Positions 47,659-58,746 of a DNA stretch of 64,000 nucleotides are shown here, one piece after another. The notes under the pieces were generated by a model. That model had not been told where the DNA came from. It did not search any database and worked only from the letters and a program-made list of their open reading frames with translations. Every line of letters starts with the position of its first letter. Position 1 is the first letter of the stretch. This DNA is from an uncultured Planctomycetota bacterium (lineage in GTDB: Bacteria; Planctomycetota; Planctomycetia; Isosphaerales; Isosphaeraceae). The stretch covers positions 1,184,001-1,248,000 of the forward strand of contig CAWJTV010000011.1 of the NCBI GenBank assembly GCA_963845755.1, in the 5' to 3' direction. The position numbers and the translations under genes were made by a program.

Positions 47659-49496
47659 TCAGGGACGATGAACGCGGATCCGGTGATCCGTGAATTCGGT
47701 GCGCGGGACGGCGTCCTTGACGCGGGGCATGTGACAGGTGAGGCAGCCCTTGGCCGGATTAACGGGGCAGGGGGCCCCGGTCCGGTGCGAGCCGGCGGGT
47801 GGGCTCGGCCCGGGTGAGCGGGCGGCGGGATGACAGGTCACGCATCGGGATTCATAGAACGCGGAGGACGTCTCGGCGTTCTGGTGGGGATTATGGCAGG
47901 TCACGCAACTGAATCCCGAGGCGCTCTCCGTATAGCACCGGCTCAGGACGAAGCTGGAGGCCTGGTATCGGACGAAGCCGGCATCGTCCGGAGTGGTCTT
48001 GGCGGGGGCCTTGTGGCATTCGGCGCAGAGCGCGACGACCTGTTCGGGCGCGGCGAGCCGGGGGCGGGCGATCGCGAGGTCGGGTAAGCCGGCTTCGATC
48101 GCCGGGCGGTGATGGCCCCCGGGGCCGTGACACCGCTCGCAGCCGATGCCGTGGTCGCGGCCCTCCGGGCGGCCGTCGGGTTCGCGGGCCGCGCGAAAGT
48201 TCGTCGCGTGACAGTGCAGGCACCTGCGGAACGCCTCGGACGAGATGGGACGCCCCAGGTAGCCGGGCTCATCGGGCGGGACGGCGGGGTGCTCCATCGT
48301 GAGGCCCCACTCCGGCGCGGCGGGATATTGTGAGACCCTCAACTCGCGGATCTGCCCGTCCTCCTGCGCGCCACGAAAGAGCGGCCCTGGTGGCTCGATC
48401 CCAGGGCGTACTCGACCACGGCGCGAAACGCCTGCGCGTCCACGCGAGTCACGGCCTCGATCCGGTTCCCTGTCCGCGTGAACCGATGGACGACGCGCGG
48501 GTTGTCGGCATCGGGCACGTCCCGGTCCGGCCAGGGCAGGTCGTTGACCTCGGCGGTGCGACGCAAGGTGCGGGAATGCCGGCTACTCTGCTGGCCCCGG
48601 TATTCCGCGGGATGGCAGGGTGCGCAGCTCGCGGCGCCGACGAATGGGGCGGGCTCTCGGGTCAATGGGTCGGAGGCGCCGAATCCGCGAGCCGCCCCCA
48701 GGGCCGCGGCTGCCTCCGTCGCCTGCCCCTCCTGGAGCCAGGCCCGGCTCAGGAGCCACTCCCCCTCGGGATCGAGCCGACCGCTCGCGGCATTCTGGAG
48801 CAGGGCCCGCGCCTCGGCCGGGCGGCCGGCCTGGAGCCAGCAGCGGACGAGGAGCCGCCTGACTGCCGCCGGTTCCAGGTCGGCACCCGTGAGGTTCGGG
48901 TCGCGCCGCAGGGCATCGACCAGCACGGCCGCGGCGCCGGCGGGGTCGAACAGCTCGGCCCGCAACCGCCCGAGCCGGACCTCGCCCCGGACCTCCCATC
49001 CGGGCTGCCGGACCAGCCGATCGGCGGCATCGGCGGCATCGGTCATCATCCGGGTCTCGGCCCAGTATCGGGACAGGGCATCGAGCGTCTCGGCGTGGTC
49101 GGGTTGAAGGTCGCGCACCGCCCCCAGGGAGGCCAGACCCGGTCCCACCTGGCCCCTGTCCAGGAGCCCGCGCCCCAGCAGGAAATAGTCTTCCACCTCC
49201 ATGGACGCCGTCCCGATCCGCCGGTAGATCGCCTCGGCCGAATCGTCGCGCCCGCGCCGCGCCGCCGACCGCGCCAGCAGCCGGAGCGCCTCGCGGTCAG
49301 AGGGATTGGCCTTCAAGAGGGCGCGCGCCTGCCCCTCCGCCGCAGGCCAGTCCCCGCGCCGGTAGGCCAGGTCACCGCGATCCGAACCGTCGCCGCCACC
49401 TTCCCCGAGACCAAACATCGCCCACCAGACCGCGCCGACCAGCAACGTGACGACCGCGATAAAGCCCACCAACCATCCGGATCGCTCTCCTCGCAT
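47659..49496 (-). CDS. Membrane-anchored TPR + multiheme cytochrome c (7 CxxCH); frameshift ~48368
   Basis: CAPCH, CLHCH, CERCHGPG, CAECH, CVTCHNPH, CVTCH, CLTCHMP...FTDHRI; N-terminal TM helix and TPRs. Confidence 0.88.
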
Positions 49497-50117
49497 CCAG
49501 CTTCTCCATGATGTTGACGGCTCTCGTCGTCACCAGTTCTGCAATTGTCGATCCACCGCCGCGGCCCGTCAAGCCAGGCCGCGCAGCCGTTCATGCCATG
49601 ATCAGATCCCAGGTTTTCCTCGTTTCCGCGTAGCACCCTCAAAACGGATCCTCGATCGGAAAGTGCGGACCTGCCATGGCCATCGAGAACGGCTCATCTT
49701 CCGTTCGAAGAAATATGGAGAGTCGCCCCCGGCCGTACGAGGCGGCCAGGGTCGAGGAAGAGAGAGGGAGGCGTGCGTTGGGTTAGCTCCGCAACTCCTT
49801 CATCCGCCGCACGAGGCGGCGGGGTCGGGCCGCCAGCGAACTTGGCCATCCGAGGAATAAGTTCCGAGGAGTGTCGCATTCTTTGCGACAATTTCATTTG
49901 ACAGCGCGACTCCTCGTGTTGCATCATCCCTAAGTTGACGGTCATGAGTTGCGCAGGCGGACGTTGTGGGACGATTCCACGATGTCATTGAGCATCGCAT
50001 GCTTGTATATAGTGTTCCACTCACCACCAACGGCCCGTCCGTTCCTGGCTTTCCTCCGAAGTTGGTGTCGCCCGAGCGAAGAGGCGTGATGTGGCGATGG
50101 AATCGTTTGAGGGGTAA

Positions 50118-50693
50118 TTGATGAGCTTGCCCCCGGTGGATGCGTCTTCCGGCAGTACGGAGCCGGAGGTAGAACGCCTGGCTGCGATGGCCAGGCAGGC
50201 GCTGCGGCAGATCCGGATCTTGCAATGGTCGTTCCTGGGTCTGGTGATTCTCGTGGCCGGGACCATTGGGGGTCTGTACGCGGCGGGGTCCCTTCACATC
50301 GAGGGACTCTCGCCGCCGGTCGTTCGGAGGGTCGAGGCGAAAGAAATCGGGTTCTACAACCGCTTCGATACGCGGGTGATCCTGGAGGCCGACGACAAGT
50401 GGGGCCTTCCTCAACTGATTTTCATGGACCTGAAGAAGCGGTACCGCCTGGGTATCAAGGTCTGGCCGGAGGGTGATGGAACGCCGGGGATGGTGTTCTA
50501 TGATCAGGGCGGAATGCGTGGGAATTTCCGGATCGACGAGGACGGCACCGCGGTGTTGAACCTCGTGGGGGAAGGCGAGAAAGGCCGCAAGGGAGGCATC
50601 GCCCTGGCCGTGACCCCCAACGGCACTCCGACCTTGAAGCTGACCGATAAGACCGGAAAGGTGCTGTTCCAGGCGCCGGCCGCTTCCGACTGA
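50118..50693 (+). CDS. Membrane-anchored hypothetical protein with beta-hairpin repeats
   Basis: Single TM helix; repeated DG.P.(L/M).(F/L).D..G units. Confidence 0.65.
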   Translation: MMSLPPVDASSGSTEPEVERLAAMARQALRQIRILQWSFLGLVILVAGTIGGLYAAGSLHIEGLSPPVVRRVEAKEIGFYNRFDTRVILEADDKWGLPQLIFMDLKKRYRLGIKVWPEGDGTPGMVFYDQGGMRGNFRIDEDGTAVLNLVGEGEKGRKGGIALAVTPNGTPTLKLTDKTGKVLFQAPAASD

Positions 50694-50834
50694 TCTGATC
50701 TGATGTGATGTGATCGACGGACGTCGACAGGGATCACATCAGGAATCCCAGGTGAGATCGTGGCCTTGCACGGCCGAGTCCACATCACCGGGAGTTCCGG
50801 ATCGATTTGTCCCATCAAGGGAGATGGATTTATT

Positions 50835-51092
50835 ATGCAAGTTTCCCGACTGGCTGGCCTGATCCTGCTGGTTTTCAGCCTGGGTTTCGCGCTGGGCTTG
50901 CCCGGCTGCGGGTCCGGCAATCCCAACGAGCGCGAGTTCCTGGCGACCGCCCCGCCCGGGAAGCCTTCCGATGACCCCGAGGATAGCAAGGTGTCGCATC
51001 GGCGGGAGCGGACCCGGAACGTCGCTCCGCAGGTCGCGAAGATCGAGGCGCGGAATCAAGGAGCGACGGCCAAGAAAACCAAGGCGCCGTGA
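50835..51092 (+). CDS. Small lipoprotein
   Basis: Signal peptide with LPGC lipobox; directly upstream of a DUF1559 gene. Confidence 0.65.
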   Translation: MQVSRLAGLILLVFSLGFALGLPGCGSGNPNEREFLATAPPGKPSDDPEDSKVSHRRERTRNVAPQVAKIEARNQGATAKKTKAP

Positions 51093-51190
51093 GGTCTCGT
51101 GCGAACGAGCGCACGCGGTCTCGCCGCAGACAAACGTGATTCGGTGTCCGGGTATTGGTACTTCATCCTCTTTTTTCCGGAGCCCCAACC

Positions 51191-52339
51191 ATGAGAACCC
51201 GCCGCGAGTCCCGAGCTTTCACCCTGATCGAGCTGCTGGTCGTGATCGCGATCATCGCGGTGCTGATCGCCCTGCTCTTGCCGGCCGTGCAAGCCGCGCG
51301 CGAGGCGGCTCGCCGCGCCCAGTGCACCAACAACCTGAAACAGATCGGCCTGGGGGTCAACAACTACGAGAGCGGCAACGGCGCGATCCCCCCCTCGGCG
51401 ACCATTTCCACCACCCAGAACTATCAAGACCAGGGCGTCCTCTGCCGCATCCTCCCTTACATGGAGCAGCAGGCCGATTACAACTCGATCAACTTCCTCT
51501 ACGGCGTTCGTGGCATCTGGGTCAATGGGGGGGCCTGGAACGCGCCTCCCATGGACGAGAGCGTCTGGGCCGGCGACTGGGGCCGGAGCAACGCCACGGC
51601 CAACATCACCTATGTCAATGCCTTCCTCTGCCCGTCGGACCCCAATAACGGCGGCAACAACCAGTTCTTCATCAATGGCCAGCAGCGGCTGATCTGTACC
51701 ACCGACTACTACTGGAACGTCGGCCTGTCGCGGTTCTTCAACGGCGGGATGGTGAACGGCCCGACGTATTCCCCAGGGGCACTGGACTATAACATCCTCA
51801 ACGGAGCCCAGTGCGCCAACAGGGTGATCACGATGGCCTCGTTCACCGACGGCACGAGCAACACGGCCATCATGAGCGAGTCGGTCCAGAGCAACTCGGG
51901 GCTGCAAGCCGACGGCCTGGGCATGGTCTACGCCGGCCCTTCCTGGAACCAGTTCCTCGGCCAGGGTACTCAACTATCACCCCCCGATTGGCTGGCCGCC
52001 CAGTATTGCCAGAACACAGCCGGTCTTGGACAGGATTACTGGTGGAAAGGCGAGTTCGCCCTCTCCGGCGGACACAACATCTATTCTCACACCCAGACTC
52101 CGAACCGGCGCTCTTGCTACTGGACCAACGTCAACAGTTTTCCAGCCGTTTCGAGCGACCAGGATTATGCCGGGGCCACCCAGACCATGGTCGCCGCCAG
52201 CTCGTATCATCCCGGCGGCGTGAATGTTTTGTTCATGGATGGATCAGTCCACTTCCTGAAGAACTCGGTCAACTTCATGGCGTGGTACGCCATCGCCACC
52301 CCGGGTCGTGGGGAAGTCGTCAGCAGCGATGCTTATTGA
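51191..52339 (+). CDS. DUF1559 prepilin-type protein
   Basis: [72 protein letters not shown]. Confidence 0.95.
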   Translation: MRTRRESRAFTLIELLVVIAIIAVLIALLLPAVQAAREAARRAQCTNNLKQIGLGVNNYESGNGAIPPSATISTTQNYQDQGVLCRILPYMEQQADYNSINFLYGVRGIWVNGGAWNAPPMDESVWAGDWGRSNATANITYVNAFLCPSDPNNGGNNQFFINGQQRLICTTDYYWNVGLSRFFNGGMVNGPTYSPGALDYNILNGAQCANRVITMASFTDGTSNTAIMSESVQSNSGLQADGLGMVYAGPSWNQFLGQGTQLSPPDWLAAQYCQNTAGLGQDYWWKGEFALSGGHNIYSHTQTPNRRSCYWTNVNSFPAVSSDQDYAGATQTMVAASSYHPGGVNVLFMDGSVHFLKNSVNFMAWYAIATPGRGEVVSSDAY

Positions 52340-52422
52340 CAGTGTTCAGTATTCAGTTTTCAGTGTTCAGTGAAGAAGATGGAAGCGATTGGGGATTGCT
52401 TTTCACCGAACACTGAAAACTG
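52340..52422. repeat. Heptamer tandem repeat hairpin
   Basis: CAGTGTT CAGTATT CAGTTTT CAGTGTT CAGTGAA, then inverted TTCACCG AACACTG AAAACTG. Confidence 0.8.
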
Positions 52423-52426
52423 TCAG

Positions 52427-53589
52427 ATGATGAAGATGCCGCGGTCAACCGTCTCCGAACCCGGTCCTTCCCTCGCCCCCGAGGGGCGGCGCCGGCTCCC
52501 CCGTCGGCGGCTCGTGTCGGCCGGGGCGCTCGTGCTCGCCCTGGCCTCGGCCGCCTGGTTCGGTACATGGTTCGATGTGCTCGGCCGGGCGAGTGCGGCG
52601 TATGAACGGCATGAGTACCGCACCGCGCTGCGGGCCGCGCAGGATCATCTCCGGTTCTTCCCCAACAATCGCCCTGCCGCGCTCATGGCGGCGCGGTGCC
52701 TGGCCCGCCTGGGCCAGGCGCGGGAGGCCGAGGCGTATTATCGACGGGCCGAGCCGATCGAGCTCGCCGAGTTGCAGGTCCGCGCCTACGGGCTCGTGCA
52801 GGCTGGAGATCCCGAGGGCTCTGCGGGTCTACGAAGAGCTCCTGAGTCGCCGGCCCGATGACGCCCTGGCCTTGAAGCGGCTGGCCGCCGTGCGTATGGG
52901 CCGGAAGCAATGGCGACCGACGCTCGAACTGGCCGATCGATTGAAGGCTTACTCGTCCGAAGCGGTCGCCGGCTGGACGTTGGCCGCGATCGCGCACCAT
53001 GAGTTGAAGCATCATGAGCAGGCGGTCGAGGCCGGCCGCCGGGTCGTCGCGCTCGATCCGGAACTGAAGAGATTGCTGTTGCCGCGTTCGCTCTTCTGGA
53101 ACAACCTGGCCCTGGACCTGATGGCTCTGGGTCGGACCGAGGAGGCGCGGGGATACCTGGAGCGGGCCCTGGCCCGCGCGGAGGACGCGGGACTGATGGA
53201 GCTGCTCGGCCTGACCTATTCGCAACAGGGCTTGACCGATCAGGCAGAGCGGTGCTGGCGACAGGCGGAGGCGCTGGGACCCTAACAACGCGGACGTCTG
53301 TCTCGACCTGGGCCGGCTGGCGCTGAGCCACCGGCAGTGGGGCGAGGCCGTGGACTTCCTCAAGCGGGCCGCGGATCGGTCGAGGGACGCCGTCGAGCCG
53401 CTGTATAACTTGAGCCAGGCGTATCGGATGCTGGGCAACCGTGACGAGGCGGAACGCTATCGGCGGCTGGCCGACCAGCGTCGAGCGGCGCTGCCGCCGC
53501 GCCGTGGCGGTATGGGCGAGGACGTCGATCGCCCGGTTGCGCCGGACCGCGATGGTCAAGCGGACTCCCGGACGGAGCCCGGACGATGA
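52427..53589 (+). CDS. TM-anchored TPR protein; 2 frameshifts (~52815, ~53280)
   Basis: TPR-like helices across three consecutive ORFs. Confidence 0.75.
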
Positions 53590-54854
53590 CGATCCGCAAA
53601 CGCGGACTCCGCGACCTGGGACTCACCCTGCTGTTGATCGCGCTGGTCGCGACGACCGCGGCCCTGGTCCTGGCGGCGCGTCTGCGGACCGGCCCGAGCC
53701 TGGGCGGTCTCGACCCCTTGCTGGCGGCCGGGCGGTTTGATGAGGTCGAACGCCGGGTCGAGGACTACCTGCGCGCGCATCCCGCGAGTATCCCGGCCCA
53801 TATGCTGATGGCGCAGGTCGCGCTGGCGCGGCACGATCAGAAGCCGCGACTGGCCCTCGATCATCTCGCGCGGATCCAGACGCGCGATCGCGAGACGCTG
53901 GCCATCGTCCGGCTGAACGAGGGGAAGGCGTACTCGGCGCTGACCCGTTACGATCGCGCCGAGGACGCCTGGAAGGGCGCGATGACACTGAACCCCCAGG
54001 TGCCCGAGGCCGGGTGGGCGTTGCTGGGGCTCTATTACATCCAGGGCCGTCGCGCGGACGCCCACCGCCTCGCTCTGGCACTGCACGCCATCGAACCCGA
54101 CCCTCGCGATCGCGTGCAACTGCTCCTGGAGCTGTTCCGCCAGGACGCGCAACCACTGGTTTCCGAAACGGTCTTCCCGACGCTCGAACCGGCCGTGCGC
54201 GACCATCCGGAAGACCTTTACACGGCGATCGCGCTGGGCCTGGCCCTGGTCCGGAGCAGCCGGTTCGACCAGGGACTGGCGATCCTGCGCGACACCGTGA
54301 CGCGCCATGCCGACAGTCCCGAGGCCTGGGACGGGCTCTTGCGGGGCCTGGACGAGTCGCGACAAGCCGACGATCTGGCCCAGGCCTGGGCGAAGCTTCC
54401 TCCCGATCTGGCCGCCGACCCGCGGTTCGATCGGCATCGCGGTGCCGTCGCCGAGGGGCGGCGGGACTGGTCCGCGGCGGCCGACTCCTACCTTCGGGCG
54501 TGGCAAGCCGACCCGTCCGATCTCCCGGTCCTCTACCGGCTCAGCCGCGTGCTCCAGATCGCGGGGCGACGCACGGAAGCCGATGCGTTCGGCCTCAAGG
54601 CCCGCGACGCGATGGCGGCGCGGGACCGTGCCCTGGCGCTCTACCGGGAAGCGAATGCCGACAAGACCCTCGGCCTGGTGCCCCATCCCGACTTGTATCA
54701 TCGCATCGCCGACCTCCGCGAACAGATGGGCCGCGCCGACGAGGCCCTGGCCTGGCACCGCCTCGTGCTCCAGGATCAGGCCCAGGATCCGACCAGCCGG
54801 AATGCGGTCGCGCGGATCGAGGCCGCGATCGCCGCACTCCAGCATGCTGAGTAA
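53586..54854 (+). CDS. TM-anchored TPR protein
   Basis: N-terminal TM helix; multiple TPR motifs; ATGA overlap with the upstream gene. Confidence 0.85.
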   Translation: MTIRKRGLRDLGLTLLLIALVATTAALVLAARLRTGPSLGGLDPLLAAGRFDEVERRVEDYLRAHPASIPAHMLMAQVALARHDQKPRLALDHLARIQTRDRETLAIVRLNEGKAYSALTRYDRAEDAWKGAMTLNPQVPEAGWALLGLYYIQGRRADAHRLALALHAIEPDPRDRVQLLLELFRQDAQPLVSETVFPTLEPAVRDHPEDLYTAIALGLALVRSSRFDQGLAILRDTVTRHADSPEAWDGLLRGLDESRQADDLAQAWAKLPPDLAADPRFDRHRGAVAEGRRDWSAAADSYLRAWQADPSDLPVLYRLSRVLQIAGRRTEADAFGLKARDAMAARDRALALYREANADKTLGLVPHPDLYHRIADLREQMGRADEALAWHRLVLQDQAQDPTSRNAVARIEAAIAALQHAE

Positions 54855-54894
54855 CCCCAGGCCCTCTGGCTATCGGCCCCGAGGAAGAACCGTC

Positions 54895-57245
54895 GTGATC
54901 GCCACCAATTCCTGGGTAGAGCCCCTGATCGGACTGGTCGCCAATGCGCTGCTGGCGATCGGCGCGTACGGGATTGCCGGTTCTTTGCTGGGACAGCCGC
55001 GGGGCCTGGCGCGCGGACTGGCCGCAGGCGTGGTCTTCTGGACGGCGTGCATCGTGGGCCTGGAGGGGCTCGGCGCATTCGGAGCGATCGGGCTCTATCC
55101 CATCCTGGCCTGGGCGGGGACGATCTTCGCGGTGAGCCTGGTGGCGCGCCGGCTCGGACGTGGCGAGATCGTCGAGTTCCGGGATAAGGCGCCGAGGCGC
55201 CCCTAGGCTGGGACGCGCTCCTTTGCCTGGCGCTGCTGCTTGCCGCCGGGTTGCGGCTGGCGATCCCGTCGGTATTCATGGCCGTGAAAGTCGTCAGCGA
55301 CGGGCCGATCTATCATCTCTACTTCGCGGCGCGATGGTGGAAGGCCGGCCGGTTGATCCTGATCGCGGCCCCGTTCGGGGAGAATGCGGCGACCTATTTC
55401 CCGGCCAACGGCGATCTCTGGTTCACCTGGCTGATCACCTCCTGGGGCGGCGAGACTCTGGCCAAGGTCGGCCAGGCTCCGTTCTTGCTCTTCGCCGGAG
55501 CCGGCGCGTATGGTTGCGCCCGATCGGTCGGGGTGGGCCGCCCCGCCAGCCTGATCGCCACCTTCTGGTTCGTCTCCGAGTCGCTGCTGTTTCTGTATTC
55601 CGTCGAACCGAACGTCAACACGATCTTCGTCGCCGGCTATCTGGTGGCGGCGTATTTCTTCCTTCAGGGCGTGCGCGGGGAAGGCCAGACGTCGGCACTG
55701 GTCCTCGGCGCGCTGGCCGCGGGCGCGGCGATCGGGACCAAGGCGGTCGGCATCGTGTTCGTCCCGCCGCTGATCGTCCTGGCGCTGGCGGCCATCGGCT
55801 TCCAGGCCGTGCCGAGCCGGGTCAGAGTCCTCCGGATGGCGGTCGTCGCGCTGGTGCCCGCGGTCACGGGAGGATACTGGTTCGTCCGCAATGCGATGCT
55901 CACGGGCAATCCGCTCTATCCGCTCGACGTTCGCGTGATGGGACACACGCTCTGGCCGGGTTGGTACGGCCCCGACGCGATGCGCACCAGTCACTACTAC
56001 TTGGCCGTCGGTGATTGCGTGCGCGGGAGTCGAACATCCTGCTCGGCCTGCTCGACCCTCGGCTGGCGCCGTTCTGGCTGGCCGCGCTGGCCGGTGCGTG
56101 GGCGTGGAGAATCGGCTCAGTGGCAAGTGGCAAGTGGCAAGTGGCAAGTGAAGAGAAACGCGATGACCTGCAACCGGCCGCTGACCACTGGCCACGCCGT
56201 GTGGTCTCCGTCTCTGGCCGTGTGATCAGCATCTTCTCGGTTCTGGCGGTCTTGAACATCGCCCTGTACTGGCTGGTGATCCCCTACCGGACGCAGCAGC
56301 GATTCATGCTCCAGGCCCTGGGCCTGGCAGTCGTCCCGCTGGCGGCGACCTTCGATCGCGGGCGATGGCTCCGTTACGTGGGCGCGCTCCTGCTGGCCAT
56401 ACACGTCCTGACTCCCGCGACCTGGCCTCTGCCCGCGCGAGGCCGCGATCCCCTGGGACCTGTCCCCCTTGATCCCCAACGCCATCAGCGCCCTGCTGCC
56501 GCTCTTCCCCGCCTGGGAGCCGGTGGCTCAAGCCCGCGGCGGCGGCGCGGCGGCATTCCGGCCCACGACGTTCGCCATGATCCTCGCGGCCGTGTTCCTC
56601 GTCTGGGCATGGAGTCGCCGGGCCGCGATCGCACTCCGGCGACGGCCCCGGTGGCGATGGCCCCTGGCCGGATTCGCCGCCGCGATCTTCCTCGTGCTCG
56701 GCTTCGTGGACCTCGGCCCCATGGTCTTCGACGTCCGGGCCCGGTTCTATCCGCCCGGTTTTCTCGACTTCTATTTCGGCTGGCTCGACTTCGAGAACCG
56801 GTGCGGACCGACGGGGGTCCGTGTGGCCTACGCCGGGACGGACCTCCCGTATTATCTCCTGGGCCGGGGCTTACGAAACGAGGTCCGCTACATCAACATC
56901 GACCGGCATCGGGACTGGTTGATGCACGACTACCATCGCGAGGCGATGGCCCGCGGCCTGGGGACCTGGCCGAACTCCCGACCGGGCTGGGACCGGATCC
57001 GGCCCGATTATCGCGCCTGGCTCGACAACCTCGACGCCGAGGGCATCCAGCTCCTGGTGGTCACGCGCGCCAACCCCGACGAGGGGATCCACAACCTCGC
57101 CGACAAGGAGGGCTTCCCGATCGAGAAGGTCTGGGCCGACGCCCATCCCGAGCGATTCCAGCTCCTCTATGGCCAGGCCGAAGAGGACCCATGGTTCCGG
57201 CTCTACCGGGTCGTGCGCGTTCCGAGAGCGGTCAGTTCCCCGTAG
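54895..57245 (+). CDS. Large polytopic GT-C-like membrane protein; ~3 frameshifts (~55195, ~56015, ~56440)
   Basis: SDGPIYHL, YFPANGDL, GTKAVG, WFVRNAMLTGNPLYP; many TM helices. Confidence 0.7.
56118..56195. repeat. Heptamer tandem repeat hairpin inside a coding sequence
   Basis: CAGTGGC (AAGTGGC)x3 AAGTGAA ... GCCGCTG ACCACTG GCCAC. Confidence 0.7.
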
Positions 57246-57259
57246 CCGGCCTATCCCCG

Positions 57260-57461
57260 GTACTGACCCTCCACCAGGCCTGCCGCAAGGCCGGCATCGG
57301 ACCGACGACCTACTACCGCTGGAAGGCCCTCCAGGAGGAACCTATATCGCGCGAACAATTTCGCATTTCAGAACTCGAAGCTGAGGTCGGTCGCCTCAAG
57401 CTCCTGGTCGCCGAGCTGGCGCCGGACCGCCGCATGCTCCAGGAGGCCCTTGGAAAAAAAG
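57260..57461 (+). pseudogene. IS3-family transposase OrfA remnant
   Basis: QACRKAGIGPTTYYRWK...RISELEAEVGRLKLLVAELAPDRRMLQEALGKK, ending in an A7G run. Confidence 0.75.
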
Positions 57462-57690
57462 CCCGTACAGGTCCAGATGATTCCCGGAGGAGCCGCATTT
57501 TAAACATCTGTATATATGTAATTGTAGATTTGCGAAGAAGCGGCGTTTCGATGGTGACGTAGAATGATGGATCGGGCAAGGGCCTGCGCACCTGATCTCC
57601 GGAAGTCTCGCGTGGGACGAAGCCGACCAGGCCGAGGACTTCAGCCATGGTGAACCTGGCCCGGACTTCAGCGAAGCGAATACCCGGCAT
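57462..57690 (-). pseudogene. CHC2 (primase-type) zinc finger gene remnant; frameshift ~57586
   Basis: Removing one base gives QVRGPCPIH...IYRCLKCGSSGNHLDLY. Confidence 0.7.
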
Positions 57691-57829
57691 GGCGGCGGAT
57701 CTCTGGATCGGCCACGCTAGGGTCGATGGATGCGGCCGCTACTCCGATACCTCATTTCGTTGTGCAGGCCGGGTCAGGTGCAGCGCCTGCTTCGGCCCTT
57801 CCGTGCGGATCCTGCGGTTCGCTATCTCA

Positions 57830-58690
57830 TTAGCGAATGTTCAGCCGATCGACTGGGACCTTGAGATAGTAGGTGAACGCGCCGAGCAGGTCGCCCTCCT
57901 CGGCGTTCGCGTGACAGTGTAGACAATCCGCCTTCGCGCGGATCGCGCCGAACATCCGCGTCGGTGCTTCTCGGGTCCACACCAGTTCCTCGCAGCGGCG
58001 CAGGGCGTCGAGGCCGAGGCGCTCGAACTCGTCGAGCGGCCGCCGTTTCGCTTGCCGGGCGAGCGGCGGCGTCGCTACCTCGTCGAGCACGTACACCGAA
58101 GGCTCGTCATCGGTCAGCAGGCTGACCAGTTCGACGCGGTCAATGTCCCGCGATGCGACCTCACCGCCGCGATCATTCTTGAACCAAAACATACGCATGT
58201 ACCCGAAACCTGATATGTTCTTGAATAAGAGAACAGTGAGGTCGTGGACATAGTACGGTCCGGTCGCCCACTTGGTGTTTTTCGGGGCGCGTTCGATGGA
58301 ACGGCAGTAGGTCGGCGGCATCGGCTCGGCGGGTTTGGGCAGCAACGTGCGGCCTTCCCATCCCTTCAACACCCCCTCGTAGTTCAGGCCGTTCTCCCGC
58401 TTTGGATCGCCGGCGGGCCGTACGGCTCGCCGGCTCCGCTCCGCCTTGCGAACGTCGTCGAGCGTCGTTGGCGGAGCCCATGTGCATTCACGGTTCCGGC
58501 TCTGCTCCGCTTTGCGAACGTCGTCGAGCGGCTCCGCGGGCACAATCGGCTCTTGGGGCGAACCGGCGAACGGCGTCGGCTCCTGAGACGGGTCGATTCG
58601 CGCAATCGGGCGGTAATTCCGATCGACGGAGAAAATGGTGCCAACCCCGCAAGCAATCGCGACGGCCAGCATCACAAAAAGTTTGGCCAT
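57830..58690 (-). CDS. Membrane-anchored CxxCH protein (DUF3365-like C-terminal motif), copy 1
   Basis: RMFGAIRAKADCLHCH...GDLLGAFTYYL; close paralog of 60290..61492. Confidence 0.7.
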   Translation of the reverse strand: MAKLFVMLAVAIACGVGTIFSVDRNYRPIARIDPSQEPTPFAGSPQEPIVPAEPLDDVRKAEQSRNRECTWAPPTTLDDVRKAERSRRAVRPAGDPKRENGLNYEGVLKGWEGRTLLPKPAEPMPPTYCRSIERAPKNTKWATGPYYVHDLTVLLFKNISGFGYMRMFWFKNDRGGEVASRDIDRVELVSLLTDDEPSVYVLDEVATPPLARQAKRRPLDEFERLGLDALRRCEELVWTREAPTRMFGAIRAKADCLHCHANAEEGDLLGAFTYYLKVPVDRLNIR

Positions 58691-58746
58691 GTGAGCAGCC
58701 TCCGGTACGAACGCGGGTCGAACGCCTGGCGAGCGCGGTTTAAGCT

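Noticed and set aside
50691..50715. TGATC/TGATG pentamer run after a stop codon
   Set aside because: Too short and simple to support a function
52340..52422. Short repeats as a possible CRISPR array
   Set aside because: 7-nt tandem units with no unique spacers; no cas genes in the window
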